From the NCBI GenBank assembly GCA_043228905.1, contig JBHGNT010000002.1, positions 17,174,001-17,238,000 on the forward strand: a DNA stretch of 64,000 nt, given 5' to 3'. A program made the position numbers and the translations under genes. Of this stretch, positions 1 through 10,779 are shown in pieces (positions within the stretch are counted from its first letter, which is position 1; each line of letters begins with the position of its first letter). The DNA comes from Azolla caroliniana (lineage: Eukaryota; Plantae; Polypodiophyta). The notes under the pieces were generated by a model. That model was not told the origin of the DNA, did not search any database, and worked only from the letters and a program-made list of their open reading frames with translations.

Positions 1-956
1 GGTCGTACCCCAAGTACAGATCACCGACCGAGTAAATCGACCTTCCGGCGAAGGCCTCCACGAACTCGTCTATGGTCGGTCCGATTCCTGCGTTCCGAAT
101 GGTCTTGAATGAAGCGCAATGTTCCGTTTTTCTTTGGTACAGTAAACCATCGGTTCGAGTATGGCACGCTCGACGGTTCGAGAATACCCATATCGACTTT
201 CTGCCTCAGTAGCTCCATCAACTCCGGGATGTGAGCTCTTGGTACCAGAATCGGCTTGAGATTCCACGGCACATGCGGTACCGTGAATATCACCATCGGC
301 TCTACGATTGTCGGGTCTACGCACCCGATCTCTTCCAGCGAGAATGCGAAGGCTTTCCCGTGCCTTCCGAGCATTCTCCGAAACCGGTCTTCCTGCGCCG
401 GCAGTAGGAACCCGCCCCCACCGATTTTGAGCTCCCGGAGCGTCCCGTCGGTGAAGGTGTGTCCTATGCAGGCCGGATCTCGTAAACTGGGATCCGACGC
501 AACCCCTCTAATTCGGGACTCGCTGCCCTCCGGCAAGGGTGCCGCGATTGGCCTTACCTTCCGGTCCACAGTCTTGTACTTCGTGCTAACTCGGGCCGTC
601 CGATCCGACTCGAGCCCCCGACTGAAATTCACGATGACTTTGTACATCTCTTCGGAACATACCGGTATTGTCCGGTCTTCGTTAAGGTCTTCTCCGGCAA
701 CCTTCCTTAGCATCCCCAAGGTGTCGTCGAAGGAGACTGCCTCCACGGCCCCGCTGATTTCCTCGTCCGGGCCGAGAACTCCGCACACTCGAAGTTGCAC
801 TTCTGCCATTGTCTTTTCTCGGCCAACGATGCCGACTATCATACACCCTCCGTTGTCGGAGAAGCAAAATCTCCTACCTATCGTACAGTCGTGGGGTCTT
901 TCCCGAGTGCCCGGACTGTCTCGGCCCCACGCCTTGGCAGCCCTCTCTAAAAATCC
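1..956 (-). pseudogene. pol: pol (RT N-terminal region), frameshifted near nt ~100
   Basis: YKTVDRKVRPI...HVPWNLKP...GILEPS...YSNRWFTVPKKNGTLRFIQD, then in another frame IDEFVEAFAGRSIYSVGDLYLGYD. The reading frame is open from 956 to the ATG at 842. Confidence 0.85.
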
Positions 957-1786
957 TCTCGGTTCTCGCCACCGAGGGATTCGCGGTTTCTCTCGTGGTT
1001 CGGCCGCACCGTCAGAAATTGGACCGAATGGCGCCCGTCCTGGCTTTTGACCCTTGCGTAGGCCGACCCGTTGTCCAGCACTTTGGTCTCCATCCGCGCC
1101 TCCGTGATGTATGGTTCACCTAATATGACCAGGTGCGAGGACGTCTCCTGTACGAAGAAGTGCTGGTCAATCTCGACGTCGCCGATCTTGACTCGCACGT
1201 TCGGGCAGGCCCCATGCAGTTCCTCGGTGGCGCGCGTCGCCGCCCGTATCTTCCACCCGTGCTTGATGTTGATCGGCCACTTCCCCTTCTTATAGAAGTC
1301 CATGGACATCAAGTTTATTTCCGAACCGTGGTCCACCAACGCCACCACCGGTTCCTGAACATCTCTGATCTTTACCGGGGTCTCCGTGGTCGCTCGGGCC
1401 CAGTACGGCCTCGTATAGTGGCTCTCCGCCCACTCGTCTTCCATCGCCATGTTGTCGATGTGCGTCGTCCGCACCTGCACCTCCACCGGTCTTTCCGGTT
1501 CTGTCTCCGTCGACAGCCTCTTCCATTTCACCAGGTCCACAATGGAGTCCTGGAACTCCTTCTTGGCAATCCCTAGCACCTCCCGTAATGACAGCTCCAC
1601 TTTGCTGTCGAGGATCCGTTCTTCCAGGACCTTTCGTAGGTCCGTAGTCCTTTCTATTTCCGTCCCTAGTCGGTATCCGCCCTTCCTGGGGTTATCTTGC
1701 GAGCCGGACCCACCGGCATCGTTCCGTCGTTGCCCGAATCGGGTCTCGTACCGTTGTGAGGGCCCGGCCGCTCCGGCTTTCCCCAC
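947..1786 (-). CDS. retrotransposon aspartic protease region (C-terminal part of Gag-PR)
   Basis: ALVDHGSEINLMS catalytic motif and FFVQE...ILGEPY. Homologous to 49350-50412. Confidence 0.85.
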   Translation of the reverse strand: MGKAGAAGPSQRYETRFGQRRNDAGGSGSQDNPRKGGYRLGTEIERTTDLRKVLEERILDSKVELSLREVLGIAKKEFQDSIVDLVKWKRLSTETEPERPVEVQVRTTHIDNMAMEDEWAESHYTRPYWARATTETPVKIRDVQEPVVALVDHGSEINLMSMDFYKKGKWPINIKHGWKIRAATRATEELHGACPNVRVKIGDVEIDQHFFVQETSSHLVILGEPYITEARMETKVLDNGSAYARVKSQDGRHSVQFLTVRPNHERNRESLGGENREDF

Positions 1787-3095
1787 TCGCTTGTCTTCTA
1801 CCAGAGCCTCGTAGTTCCGGCAGGCGGCTTCTACGAAGCTCGACAGGGTCGCTCCACCCGGTTATTTCCCGGACCCGTCTCTCAGCGTGGTCCGTTTCAT
1901 CTTTCCTTAGCCGTGCGCCGACAAGACCTCCCAGCATTGCCGACCAGAATCCGTCTTTGCCCTCTGTTCGGGCCTTGCTGCCCCCGACCCGAATTCCGGC
2001 CGACGCCGAGTAGTGGATGGCCTCTACGTGTCGGGCCGCTGCCTCTTCCATCAGTCTCTTCATACCTCCTCGCCCGTCGTTTCGGTTCAGGGCCCTCCTG
2101 GTGTCGCCGGCGTGCACCCGGCCTTCCCACAGGTACACCACCCGGTTCCTCAACGCCTCTGCGAAATCGCCGCAGTCCTTCCGAATGTGGCCGACCTCGT
2201 CGCACCACATGCACCTGTTCCCCGCTGCCGGCCGTCGGTCACGAGCCGGTTCGCCGCCTTCCCTTCGAGTCTGGGCGATGTGGAGATCCTTTATCGCTCG
2301 CGTCAACTCCTCCAGCGCTGCTCCTCCGAACGAGCCACTGACCATGCCGGTCGAAGCCGGGCCGGTTTCGAGCCATTCCTGGGTTTCTTCCCTTCGCCCT
2401 TGCGGTGCCGGTTCAAGCCTCCTTGCTGTGACAGACCCCGCACCGGCCGCCCCGTTATCAGCCCATTCTCGCCGTTTGTCGAAACGACCACATACTCTCT
2501 TAACCGCTGCCCAGTCGGTCGTCAGCCCGTCTTCGGTTTCCAGCAAGGAGCCGACTTGATCCCGGTCCCGCTCGTCCACCGACTTGACGAACAGTACGAC
2601 CCGGCTTGTATCTAGAATGGTTCGGTCAAGCGCCGAAAGGCGCGCAAAGCGTTCTTCGAACTCCCGGAGGAGCGCCGACGCGTTTCTTCCCTTGCCGGGG
2701 GACTCCACCCATTCCATGAAGTCTCGTTTCGAAAGCCGGAGCGCATCGTCCAGCCCGTATTTTTCCAGGAGTCGGCCTTCGAACTCCTCCCAGGTACGGC
2801 TCTCCGCCCGCACCTCGAGCACCTCCGCATGGATGCTCGGCATCGCCACTCGAGGAAACCTGGCAAGACGCCTCTCTTCCGGAATGTCCCGCATCAGCAT
2901 TTCTGCCCCGTAGGACGCCAAATACTTCGTGGCATCCCTTCTGCTGAACCGGTCGATCGTACCGACGACCACCTCAATGGCTCTGTCGAGGGCGCTGGAG
3001 CCCTCGCGTGCGCTCAGTATCCGATCCACGGCCGAAGCCATGGCCTCTGCAAGATCCGACCCTTTCATCTTCTGCTCTTCTGCCGCCTCTTTCAC
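1692..3095 (-). CDS. gag: Gag (zinc knuckle CMWCDEVGHIRKDC); probably once fused to PR, now frameshifted near 1845
   Basis: CX2CX4HX4C knuckle. The ORF starts immediately after the PBS. Confidence 0.85.
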   Translation of the reverse strand: MKEAAEEQKMKGSDLAEAMASAVDRILSAREGSSALDRAIEVVVGTIDRFSRRDATKYLASYGAEMLMRDIPEERRLARFPRVAMPSIHAEVLEVRAESRTWEEFEGRLLEKYGLDDALRLSKRDFMEWVESPGKGRNASALLREFEERFARLSALDRTILDTSRVVLFVKSVDERDRDQVGSLLETEDGLTTDWAAVKRVCGRFDKRREWADNGAAGAGSVTARRLEPAPQGRREETQEWLETGPASTGMVSGSFGGAALEELTRAIKDLHIAQTRREGGEPARDRRPAAGNRCMWCDEVGHIRKDCGDFAEALRNRVVYLWEGRVHAGDTRRALNRNDGRGGMKRLMEEAAARHVEAIHYSASAGIRVGGSKARTEGKDGFWSAMLGGLVGARLRKDETDHAERRVREITGWSDPVELRRSRLPELRGSGRRQASGESRSGRALTTVRDPIRATTERCRWVRLAR

Positions 3096-3108
3096 GTCGG
3101 GTTCACCA
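3092..3108 (-). promoter_or_regulatory. primer-binding site, tRNA-Trp
   Basis: TGGTGAACCCGACGTGA is complementary to the plant tRNA-Trp 3' end (TCACGTCGGGTTCACCA) and lies 3 nt after ...TTGACA. Confidence 0.85.
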
Positions 3109-3111
3109 AGA

Positions 3112-6100
3112 TGTCAAGAGCTTCCTCGTGGATGCGTGGAATGAGGCGGAACCTCAGGGGTCCTGTACCAAAGAGCAAGAGAGGAAGGAGAAGAGACACT
3201 CTACGTGTCGGGCGTAGATCCACAGGGACACGGCCCTTCGACGCAAAGACGCAAGTGGGACAGTGACACAGAAAGACACGAATGTATGTATGTATTAACA
3301 AAGACAAACAACAAGAACACGAAGACAACAAAACCACGAAGTCGGTTACAACCGAACAGGCCAGCGAACAGATGCCGATGCCTGTTCGTAAACGCACAGA
3401 AAGACAGGAGCAGGTTGGAGGAGCTGCCGGAAGCACTCGAGCATTCCTTAGAGCAGCGCGAGTCTCCCGAAACCTGCACAGAAGGAAGCTATGGAGTCTG
3501 CGAACCAGAGAGAGAGAGAGAAGCCTTTGCACGCAAACCGACAGCACTTCGTCCTCGACTCCCCGCGATCCTTCGCCCTTCCTTGTCTCCCTCCTTTTAT
3601 AGGCAAGGAAGGAGCCGTTTCCCCTTTACTTCCTACCTACCGAATCTACCTAGGATCTCCTATGTACAACATAAGGCGCACGTGCATGAAGAGTCGGTTC
3701 CTACGCTCCGGTGCACCGATTCCGCTTGTGGACGGTTTTTTTCACGACAACGCGTTCGTGCATACCAACCCTACAAGTATGCCACAGAGCAAAGCGGCGA
3801 TCATTATCAGTGCCTACGAGGGAAACAAAATTGACTGGGGCATTATCACAGGCGAAGGAATCCGTGCGGCGCTTGATTCCTTCGAAACCGGTAAGTGTTT
3901 GTTGCTTGTGATCAATCACTTCCTTACAGTCCTCTACCCACCTCCTTCGGTTTCCCCTCGTCGCATCCTGACCTCTCCACCACCAAGGAAACAACGGGGG
4001 CAGATTTTGGAGATAACTCAGGAAGAATGGGAAGACTCCTCGTCTTCTCCACCTCCCTCAGGCGTTCGGAACCCCGCTTCCGCCTCGGCCCCACCCCCAC
4101 CAAAAACGCAAAGACAACGGGCGGTAACAACAACCTGTGTCGAATGGGATGAGGCCGAGGAGGCCATCCCCAAGGATGTCACCATACGCCAGAGGCCACC
4201 AAGGACATCAGTGACCTCTCACCAACCGAGCCCACGGCCCACAAGCTAACAGCCCTCGGCCATTCGGCAGCAAAAGAGGAAACAAGCTGAGGAGCCAACA
4301 CCATCGGCCCCGAACGCACAGGATCAGCCGCCAAAAAGACGCTCCATCATTCGAGAGGTAACCACAGAAACCGAAGGTGACCCGCGTCAGAAATCAAAAG
4401 AGGCTAGCCCCGCCTCCATGGACATAGCACCAACGGAGTCATGGCTCCAAGTCGGTACGATCGAGCATGGACAAACCACGCAAATATCAGAGGAGGAAGT
4501 CGTCGGGTACAAAGATCTCCCCGCGGAGGCATACGAGTTCAGTGCACTACTTCGATTGGGCACAACTTGCGAGTTAATGGATTTCCTCGCACGCGCCCAA
4601 GTAGCTACCGCCGCTCGTATGGCCGAGGACCATGCCGAAACAAAGATGATTCAACGCGCTCTAATGGGTGAAATCAAACCTCACAAGGATCGAGCCTTAC
4701 AAAAGATAGGGCAGAAGAAGCAAGTACAGAATGTTTCGCTCCTCATGGAACTACTGGATCTGAACATGGCCTTAGTCGAGGCATATTGCAATCTACAACA
4801 CACTACTCGGGCAGCCAAGGAGATGGCCCGACGTATCAAAACGGCACATCAGCAAGCCAAACGTGCTACCGACCTATGGCAAGCCGCCGGGGAAAAACTG
4901 ACGACATTCACGCAGCAACAACCGCCCTTAATCCTCGTTGCGCCGAGTGACGCTGTCTCACCAGCCACTCTTCTGAACCTGAACCCGAGTGTTGAAGGTA
5001 CCATCGCACACAAAGACGACACCGCCCACCCTACGGTAGCCACTACCGAGGCCATCACAATGAAGGACTCGGTACAGACAAGCAAGCCATCGTCACGGGC
5101 AGATATCAGCCCGCACCCCCAAACCAGACAGGGCCTCCCCTTAGGGACTACCAGGAGGAGCTTTAGGCCCAGATCGCTCTGGCCGAGTTGGCAGAACGGA
5201 ACCACAACAACATTCTTGGCCAGCTATGGGAACAAGCTGCGAGCCGTGAAGCAAACCTCAAGCGACTGCTTGTTGAAAGGTCGGCCACGCTTGAAGCACA
5301 AGAACGAGAGGTGATGACCCTCCAGATCTCTATCATTGAGGCTAAGGAAGGTTTCATCAAAGAAACTGAGCGGAATAGCCAACGGGAGCAAGAGCTCTTC
5401 ACAGACAACCAGGAATTACGACGTCATCAAAAAGCCTTCCAAGACATGGCCAACGAACATATGCAAAAGTGGAGGATCTCGGAGGAGCAACGAGCAAAAA
5501 TTTCCGATACATATCACCAGTTGCAAACCGAGCACATCGCCGTCAAAGAACAACACCGGGACGCTTGGCGATGGGAAAGGGACGAAACTGTAGCTCAACT
5601 CACCAACCGTTATGAGCAGACCATCGCGTTCATCACCAAAAAGCAAAAGATAATCAAGCTACTTTAGCACTCTTCGCCCGCAAAAGCCAAGCAGAAGCCA
5701 AGGCCGCAAGGGAGGCACTGGAAGTTCACCGCACGAGCATCGGCATGGACAATACGAAAATCAAGACCCTAATCCAAAAGTATCGCCAACAATTCACCAC
5801 GGAGATCAAAGAAATGCTTGACCATGACTGGCAGGGGTGGTCAGCCCAAGATGCGGACCTACACATACTACGCGCGAATGTCGAGAACCGACGGAAGGAG
5901 GGCCGAGGGTTTTACAAGATGGATGACACCAGCATCCAGACCCTCCGTGAAGACTTAACGGAAGAATATCATACCTTGGCAACATCCCACACCGTGGCCA
6001 TTGAGCAACTCTTCGAGGAATTCAACGACGATCTAATGGTGTTTCGTTTAGAAGCCGAAGCATACGAGGAGAAACGACTCGCTACTGGGAGTCCTAGAGC

Positions 6101-7210
6101 TCCCACAAACACCGAGCAAGGCACCGAGTCACTCCCCACGCCAGCTCAACCGGAAGAACCTGCCCCTACCGACCTCCACATCCCAACCGAGCCACTCACC
6201 ACGGCAGTTAGACTGGAGGAACCTGCCCCTACAGACGTCCACATTCCACCGGAGCCACAGACTATAACCCCGAGCCTGCCTGAATCGGTCCCAACAGAGG
6301 AGGGCACACACAACGACACCGCCATCCCCGACTCAGCAACACAACCGCCATCACCAACCCCACCTGCCCAGTAGCCGGCCCAACCCCACGCCCCCGAGGA
6401 TATCCTCGGCATATTGGAAGAAGAATAAAACCAACCTTTAAGCCCCTGTAGGAACGGGCATTTTTTGTAATTCGTGTGGTTTTGCCAAATCCATGGTGAA
6501 CTGTGGGTACGACGGACAAAGTCCTGTCCCACGAGCGTGCCAGGTGTTGTCCATAGGCCAAAGATATAAATTAGTAAATGTAATATGCCGGTAGGTAAGG
6601 CGAGTAGGTAAGGTAGAGTTAGGTAAACGCCGAGTTTCGAGCCTTACAGTCAGCCGACCGCTCGGCTCTGTATGAAGAAAAAGTATATAAACCGAGGTCT
6701 GCGTACCTCGGCGAAGGGAAAGATATCTAGAGCCTAGGCGAGGTTGTTTCATGGATATAAGAGCTTTGTAAGGTCACCGGCTGTGAGCCATGTTTTTTGT
6801 AATCATCGATAAATGTTTGCAGTAATACATATCTATTAGCTCTTGTTGTTTTCATCTGTGTGCCGTCGTTTCTAAGATCTTGACTACGTATACGACCCGG
6901 GCTCTATTCCAGGTAGGCTCTCCATTTTCTTCCCCTAACGACGCCTCCGTGCACAAGTCTTCACGTTCACTTCTCTTGATACCGATAGCTTGTAGGCATA
7001 TCGAAGGTGTTCCCAAGAGAACGGTTAACAGATACCGGCAAAAGACTTTGAGGTGTCGTCACCTCCTGACCCAATAAATGCTTTGCGAGAATCAGCTTTA
7101 ATCATGGTGTCAGAAGGTCTTTTTGCTGGTGATGGAATTTTAAGTTTGAAGGACAACACCTTTTGTCATGGCTCACTGAAAACAACAGGTCATGCCACAA
7201 GGATATGACA
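3112..7210 (-). repeat. putative ~4.1-kb 5' LTR
   Basis: The inner end is fixed by the PBS. TATA box (CTATAAAAGG on minus) at ~3593-3602. The outer end is inferred from TGTCA/TGACA inverted termini and composition; the partner LTR is not in the window. Confidence 0.55.
3491..6374 (+). pseudogene. antisense accessory ORF (~900-960 aa), 1 stop and 2 frameshifts
   Basis: ORFs 3491-4249 and 4418-5314 are in the same frame, separated by one TAA; 5188-5667 and 5745-6374 follow. Globular N-terminus (AIIISAYEGNKIDWG), basic NLS-like motifs, coiled-coil-like region, P/T/E tail with EEPAPTDxHIP twice. Confidence 0.7.
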
Positions 7211-7761
7211 ATAATGTTAATAATAAACAATATAGAACTCTTAAATAAGGGAAAAATTAGCAAAAATCATACGTTTTTGTATAGAATGTTACCTAAAAAA
7301 CTTGAAGAAGCAGACCAAAAAACAACCAAAAATTTGACCAAATCTAATCAATTGATCATTGAAAGGGACACACAAATCAATTATGGAAGCAAAAAAGAAA
7401 CAAAAAAAAATGGAATCTTTAAGGAATCTAAAATGTTGGGTTGGAAAACATACTTGGCATTTTTCTTTCCCTTGTTCATGTTGATGTCGGAGATGTTAAC
7501 TTGATCGGGGAGGCAAAAACTTGACGATATTGGTTGTTGAGTGCTCCTGTGCTCTTCTTCTGCTTGACCATGATAATGAGAAATAGAAGATGACTTCCCT
7601 TTATATAATTTTTGTTTTGTATTTTCAAAATAATTTTTGTAAAATAATTTTTATTTTTCTTTTAAAAATAATAAAAAATATGTCTTTAGACATGGTGCTT
7701 ATTATAAAACCAATCTTGTGCCTATTTTGGACATTGTTTGTGTTACTTAGCCTTGAGCAAA

Positions 7762-10501
7762 ATGTCCTCAAAGTCAAGTGAAAATTCTTTGTTTTCTATT
7801 GAGCTTGTTATATTATCTGATAACTGCTTATTCTCAATTGAGGAATATAGCCATGTTAATAATAAACGGTGCCATGTTAAGGCCAACGACAATCAAGAGC
7901 AAAGTTGCACGCCAATTTTTTCGATAGAGCCATTAAACATAGGTAAAGCAAGATATATTAAAGTAGACACAACTCATGTCGAGTCCAGTTTATCAAATGC
8001 TACCGAAGACTGTGTCAATAAGCCTCTAAATTTTTAAAGAGTTCCTCGACAAGTGAGTGTTAAACGATATAATTTTTTGTGTCCGGATCGACAAATTTCA
8101 ATTGACATATGAAAGGTATGTTGTGGGAACCTTTGTCTATCAAAATTTGGAAAGGCAAACTTGTGGGGGTTGCGACAAAAGTATTTGTTTCTCAATGGCA
8201 ACGAACAAGATACATTCTTGATTGCCAATATGCAACTCTGTTAAGGACCATCTGGCAATGTTGTGTTCTTAGAAGGTGGAATACTACCTTTCACTTACTA
8301 CAAAGAGTTGTCGAGTTGCTTTTAAAATTGCTTATAGCATCGGGAACATGAGGCTACAAAGAATTCAACATCGATTACTGAAGGGGTGGTGGGTGCCTTT
8401 CAACAATAGAGAATCTTCATGTAACTGCTTGATTAGGTGACATGTTGTTAGATGGATGGAGATTTATTTCTCGAAGCAATGTGATGTTATGCCCACCACT
8501 GGAAGGTTACATTTGTCATATAACTTCACTCTTCGTGAGGTATACCAAGCCTATAAGGATGACATGTTATTGGAAAGTGTAGCTTATATACAATATAGGC
8601 ATTTCAATCATTTATGGAGATCAAATTTTAACAATGTGGTCATACCCCGCAAGGTCCGGATGGGTGTTTGTTCGATCTGCGCGAGTTTAAAAAGCTTGGC
8701 AAAGAGTGGGACAATAGATGAAGAAATAACAAAATATAATACTTTATTGAGAGAGTATCGAGAAAGCCAAGCGTTGGAAAGATCTAAAGTTATGCACCAT
8801 CATCAAGAAGTGCTTCAATCACCAGAAAGATACATGTGCTTGATTATAGATGGGATGGATCAAAAGAAAACTTGTTTGCCACATTTTCGAAGATTGCCCA
8901 AGGATATTGGAGATGAATGCCTAGTACAGATGCACTTAGTAGGATGTCTTTTGTATTGTCAGACAATGAGGCCTCAAGTGTTCTTAACTTATCCAAATAT
9001 CCACAACGACCCTAATCTTACAGTTACAGTCATGCAAAGAGTTCTGCAGAATTGGCAAGGTTTACTCCCACCAGTACTATATGTGCAACTTGACAACACG
9101 GCAAGAGAAAACAAGAACTCGATCATGTTTGGTTACCTGAGCATGTTAGTAGACAAGGGTATTTTCAAAAAGATTAAGGTCAAATTCTTGCTAGTTGGTC
9201 ATACACATGATCACATAGATCAAATGTTTAGTAGGTTCTCCAAGAAATTAGCGAGGTGCGATGCTTTCACACTTCTTGTGCCATCGAGGTTGATTACTGA
9301 AGCTTATACCCCCAAGCCAGATGTGCAACATTTAGATGAAGCATATGATTTGAAGCACTTCTATTTGGATGGCAATGGGACTGGATGTAGGGTTCTTGCT
9401 CCGCTTAATAATATAAGTTTTAATCACATCTTCCTCATCCAAAAAGGTGTGGTGGGTCACAACTGGACCATGTTGTATGCCAAACAATACTCATCTAGTT
9501 CGCAATGGGAGCCACAAGACGGATGTACGCTCTTATTGCATTTCCCCAATGCAATAATCTATGGTGTTGAGCAAATTCCCTATGACGACCATAAATGACT
9601 GGTTGTTGGTAATTCAATTGAAGATCAAAAGATATATTGGATGCGATGCCTTGAGGAAAAATAGAAAAATATTGAGTGAACGAAAAAGTACGCTGGTGAT
9701 CAGTATGCGGATTGGTGGGACGTCTTCTTTAATCATCAACATACAATATAAGATAACCACTTTACATGGTACTGGCCACAACAAAATCAATTTGTATGGG
9801 CGCTTGGTGGCCCATCAATGGCAAGGACAACTCCTTTACAACCACTAGATAATATATTGAATTGAATAATCTAGTTCGTCCACGACAAAGAGATATTTAC
9901 GTGGGACCAAGATTATCACATGTTGTAGAGGCGAGGTGGCAAGGCAATCTACATGAGCTACAAGTGGTATGTTGGTTGCAACATTAGCTGGGGGTGATAA
10001 GTTGGGCCATCCCTTTTGGATTGCCAAAATCATTGAAATTATTAAGCATGATGAAGGCAATTAAGTAAAGTCTATTATGGTTCATTAGTATCATACCTCC
10101 TCCAAAGATGCATTTACTGGGAAGTACTCTTTAGAGATGGTTAAGGATGTTGAAGGCACATGCAGAAAGCAAGGAAGAAAGAATCTACCAAGCACATCTA
10201 GTCTAGCACTTGATAATGTCGACATACTCGTGTATGACTTCTCCTTGACCAAATAGGCCATCTAAGATAGACTACAATCAAGATAATAAAAGAGAAGATC
10301 CTAGATGTGCCTGTTGACGCAACACCGAGACGAACAAGGAGTATGTCTCATAATCACGGTGACGTTGGATTGCACTTGGATGAAGACAATGCATTGGTTG
10401 CTAGTGATGATGAGGATGAGACCTCACAAAGCTCTTCTAGTTCATCGGGTGGGTCTAAAGGGGAAGGTGTATCTCTGGGAAGTGCTGGATCTCATATATG
10501 A
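7762..10501 (+). pseudogene. Sola-like (DUF7869-type) DDE transposase; intact core ORF 8456-9598
   Basis: CSIC zinc motif, CLIIDGMDQ, LYVQLDNTARENKN, FLLVGHTHDHIDQMFS. Flanking segments carry stops and frameshifts; C-terminal PFWIAKI domain remnant. Confidence 0.7.
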
Positions 10502-10779
10502 AATGTAAATATTGTATGTTACATCAATATGGCGATTCACAAATATGTATAAATATACATGTTAGTCATTTTGTAATTTTTGTACATTCTCTTTTAAATT
10601 TCATGTGTCAATTATTAGGGGCATTTTTTGAAAGCCCGAAATTTTTGGACATGGTATAAATCAATATATTTTGATTCAATTTCCAAAACCCTTTATGCAT
10701 GTGATGGTCGTTTTTGTGAAATGTCCTACTTTGTGCTTTTTTTGGATGGATTGTTCTTAAATTGCGACATATTACCTGT

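Larger units (their letters stand above)
1..7210 (-). mobile_element. Ty3/Gypsy LTR retrotransposon, 5' part (runs off window start)
   Basis: gag, protease and RT N-terminus in order on the minus strand. tRNA-Trp PBS at 3092-3108. Putative LTR bounded by TGTCA (3112) and TGACA (7210), with a GC-to-AT composition shift near 7200. Confidence 0.85.

Noticed and set aside
1692-1850. Programmed frameshift between gag and protease
   Set aside because: No slippery site, and the homologue at 49350-49991 reads through this region in one frame, so it is a mutational indel.
256-3266. Many overlapping plus-strand ORFs over gag-pol
   Set aside because: Expected shadow ORFs in GC-rich coding DNA; no motifs.
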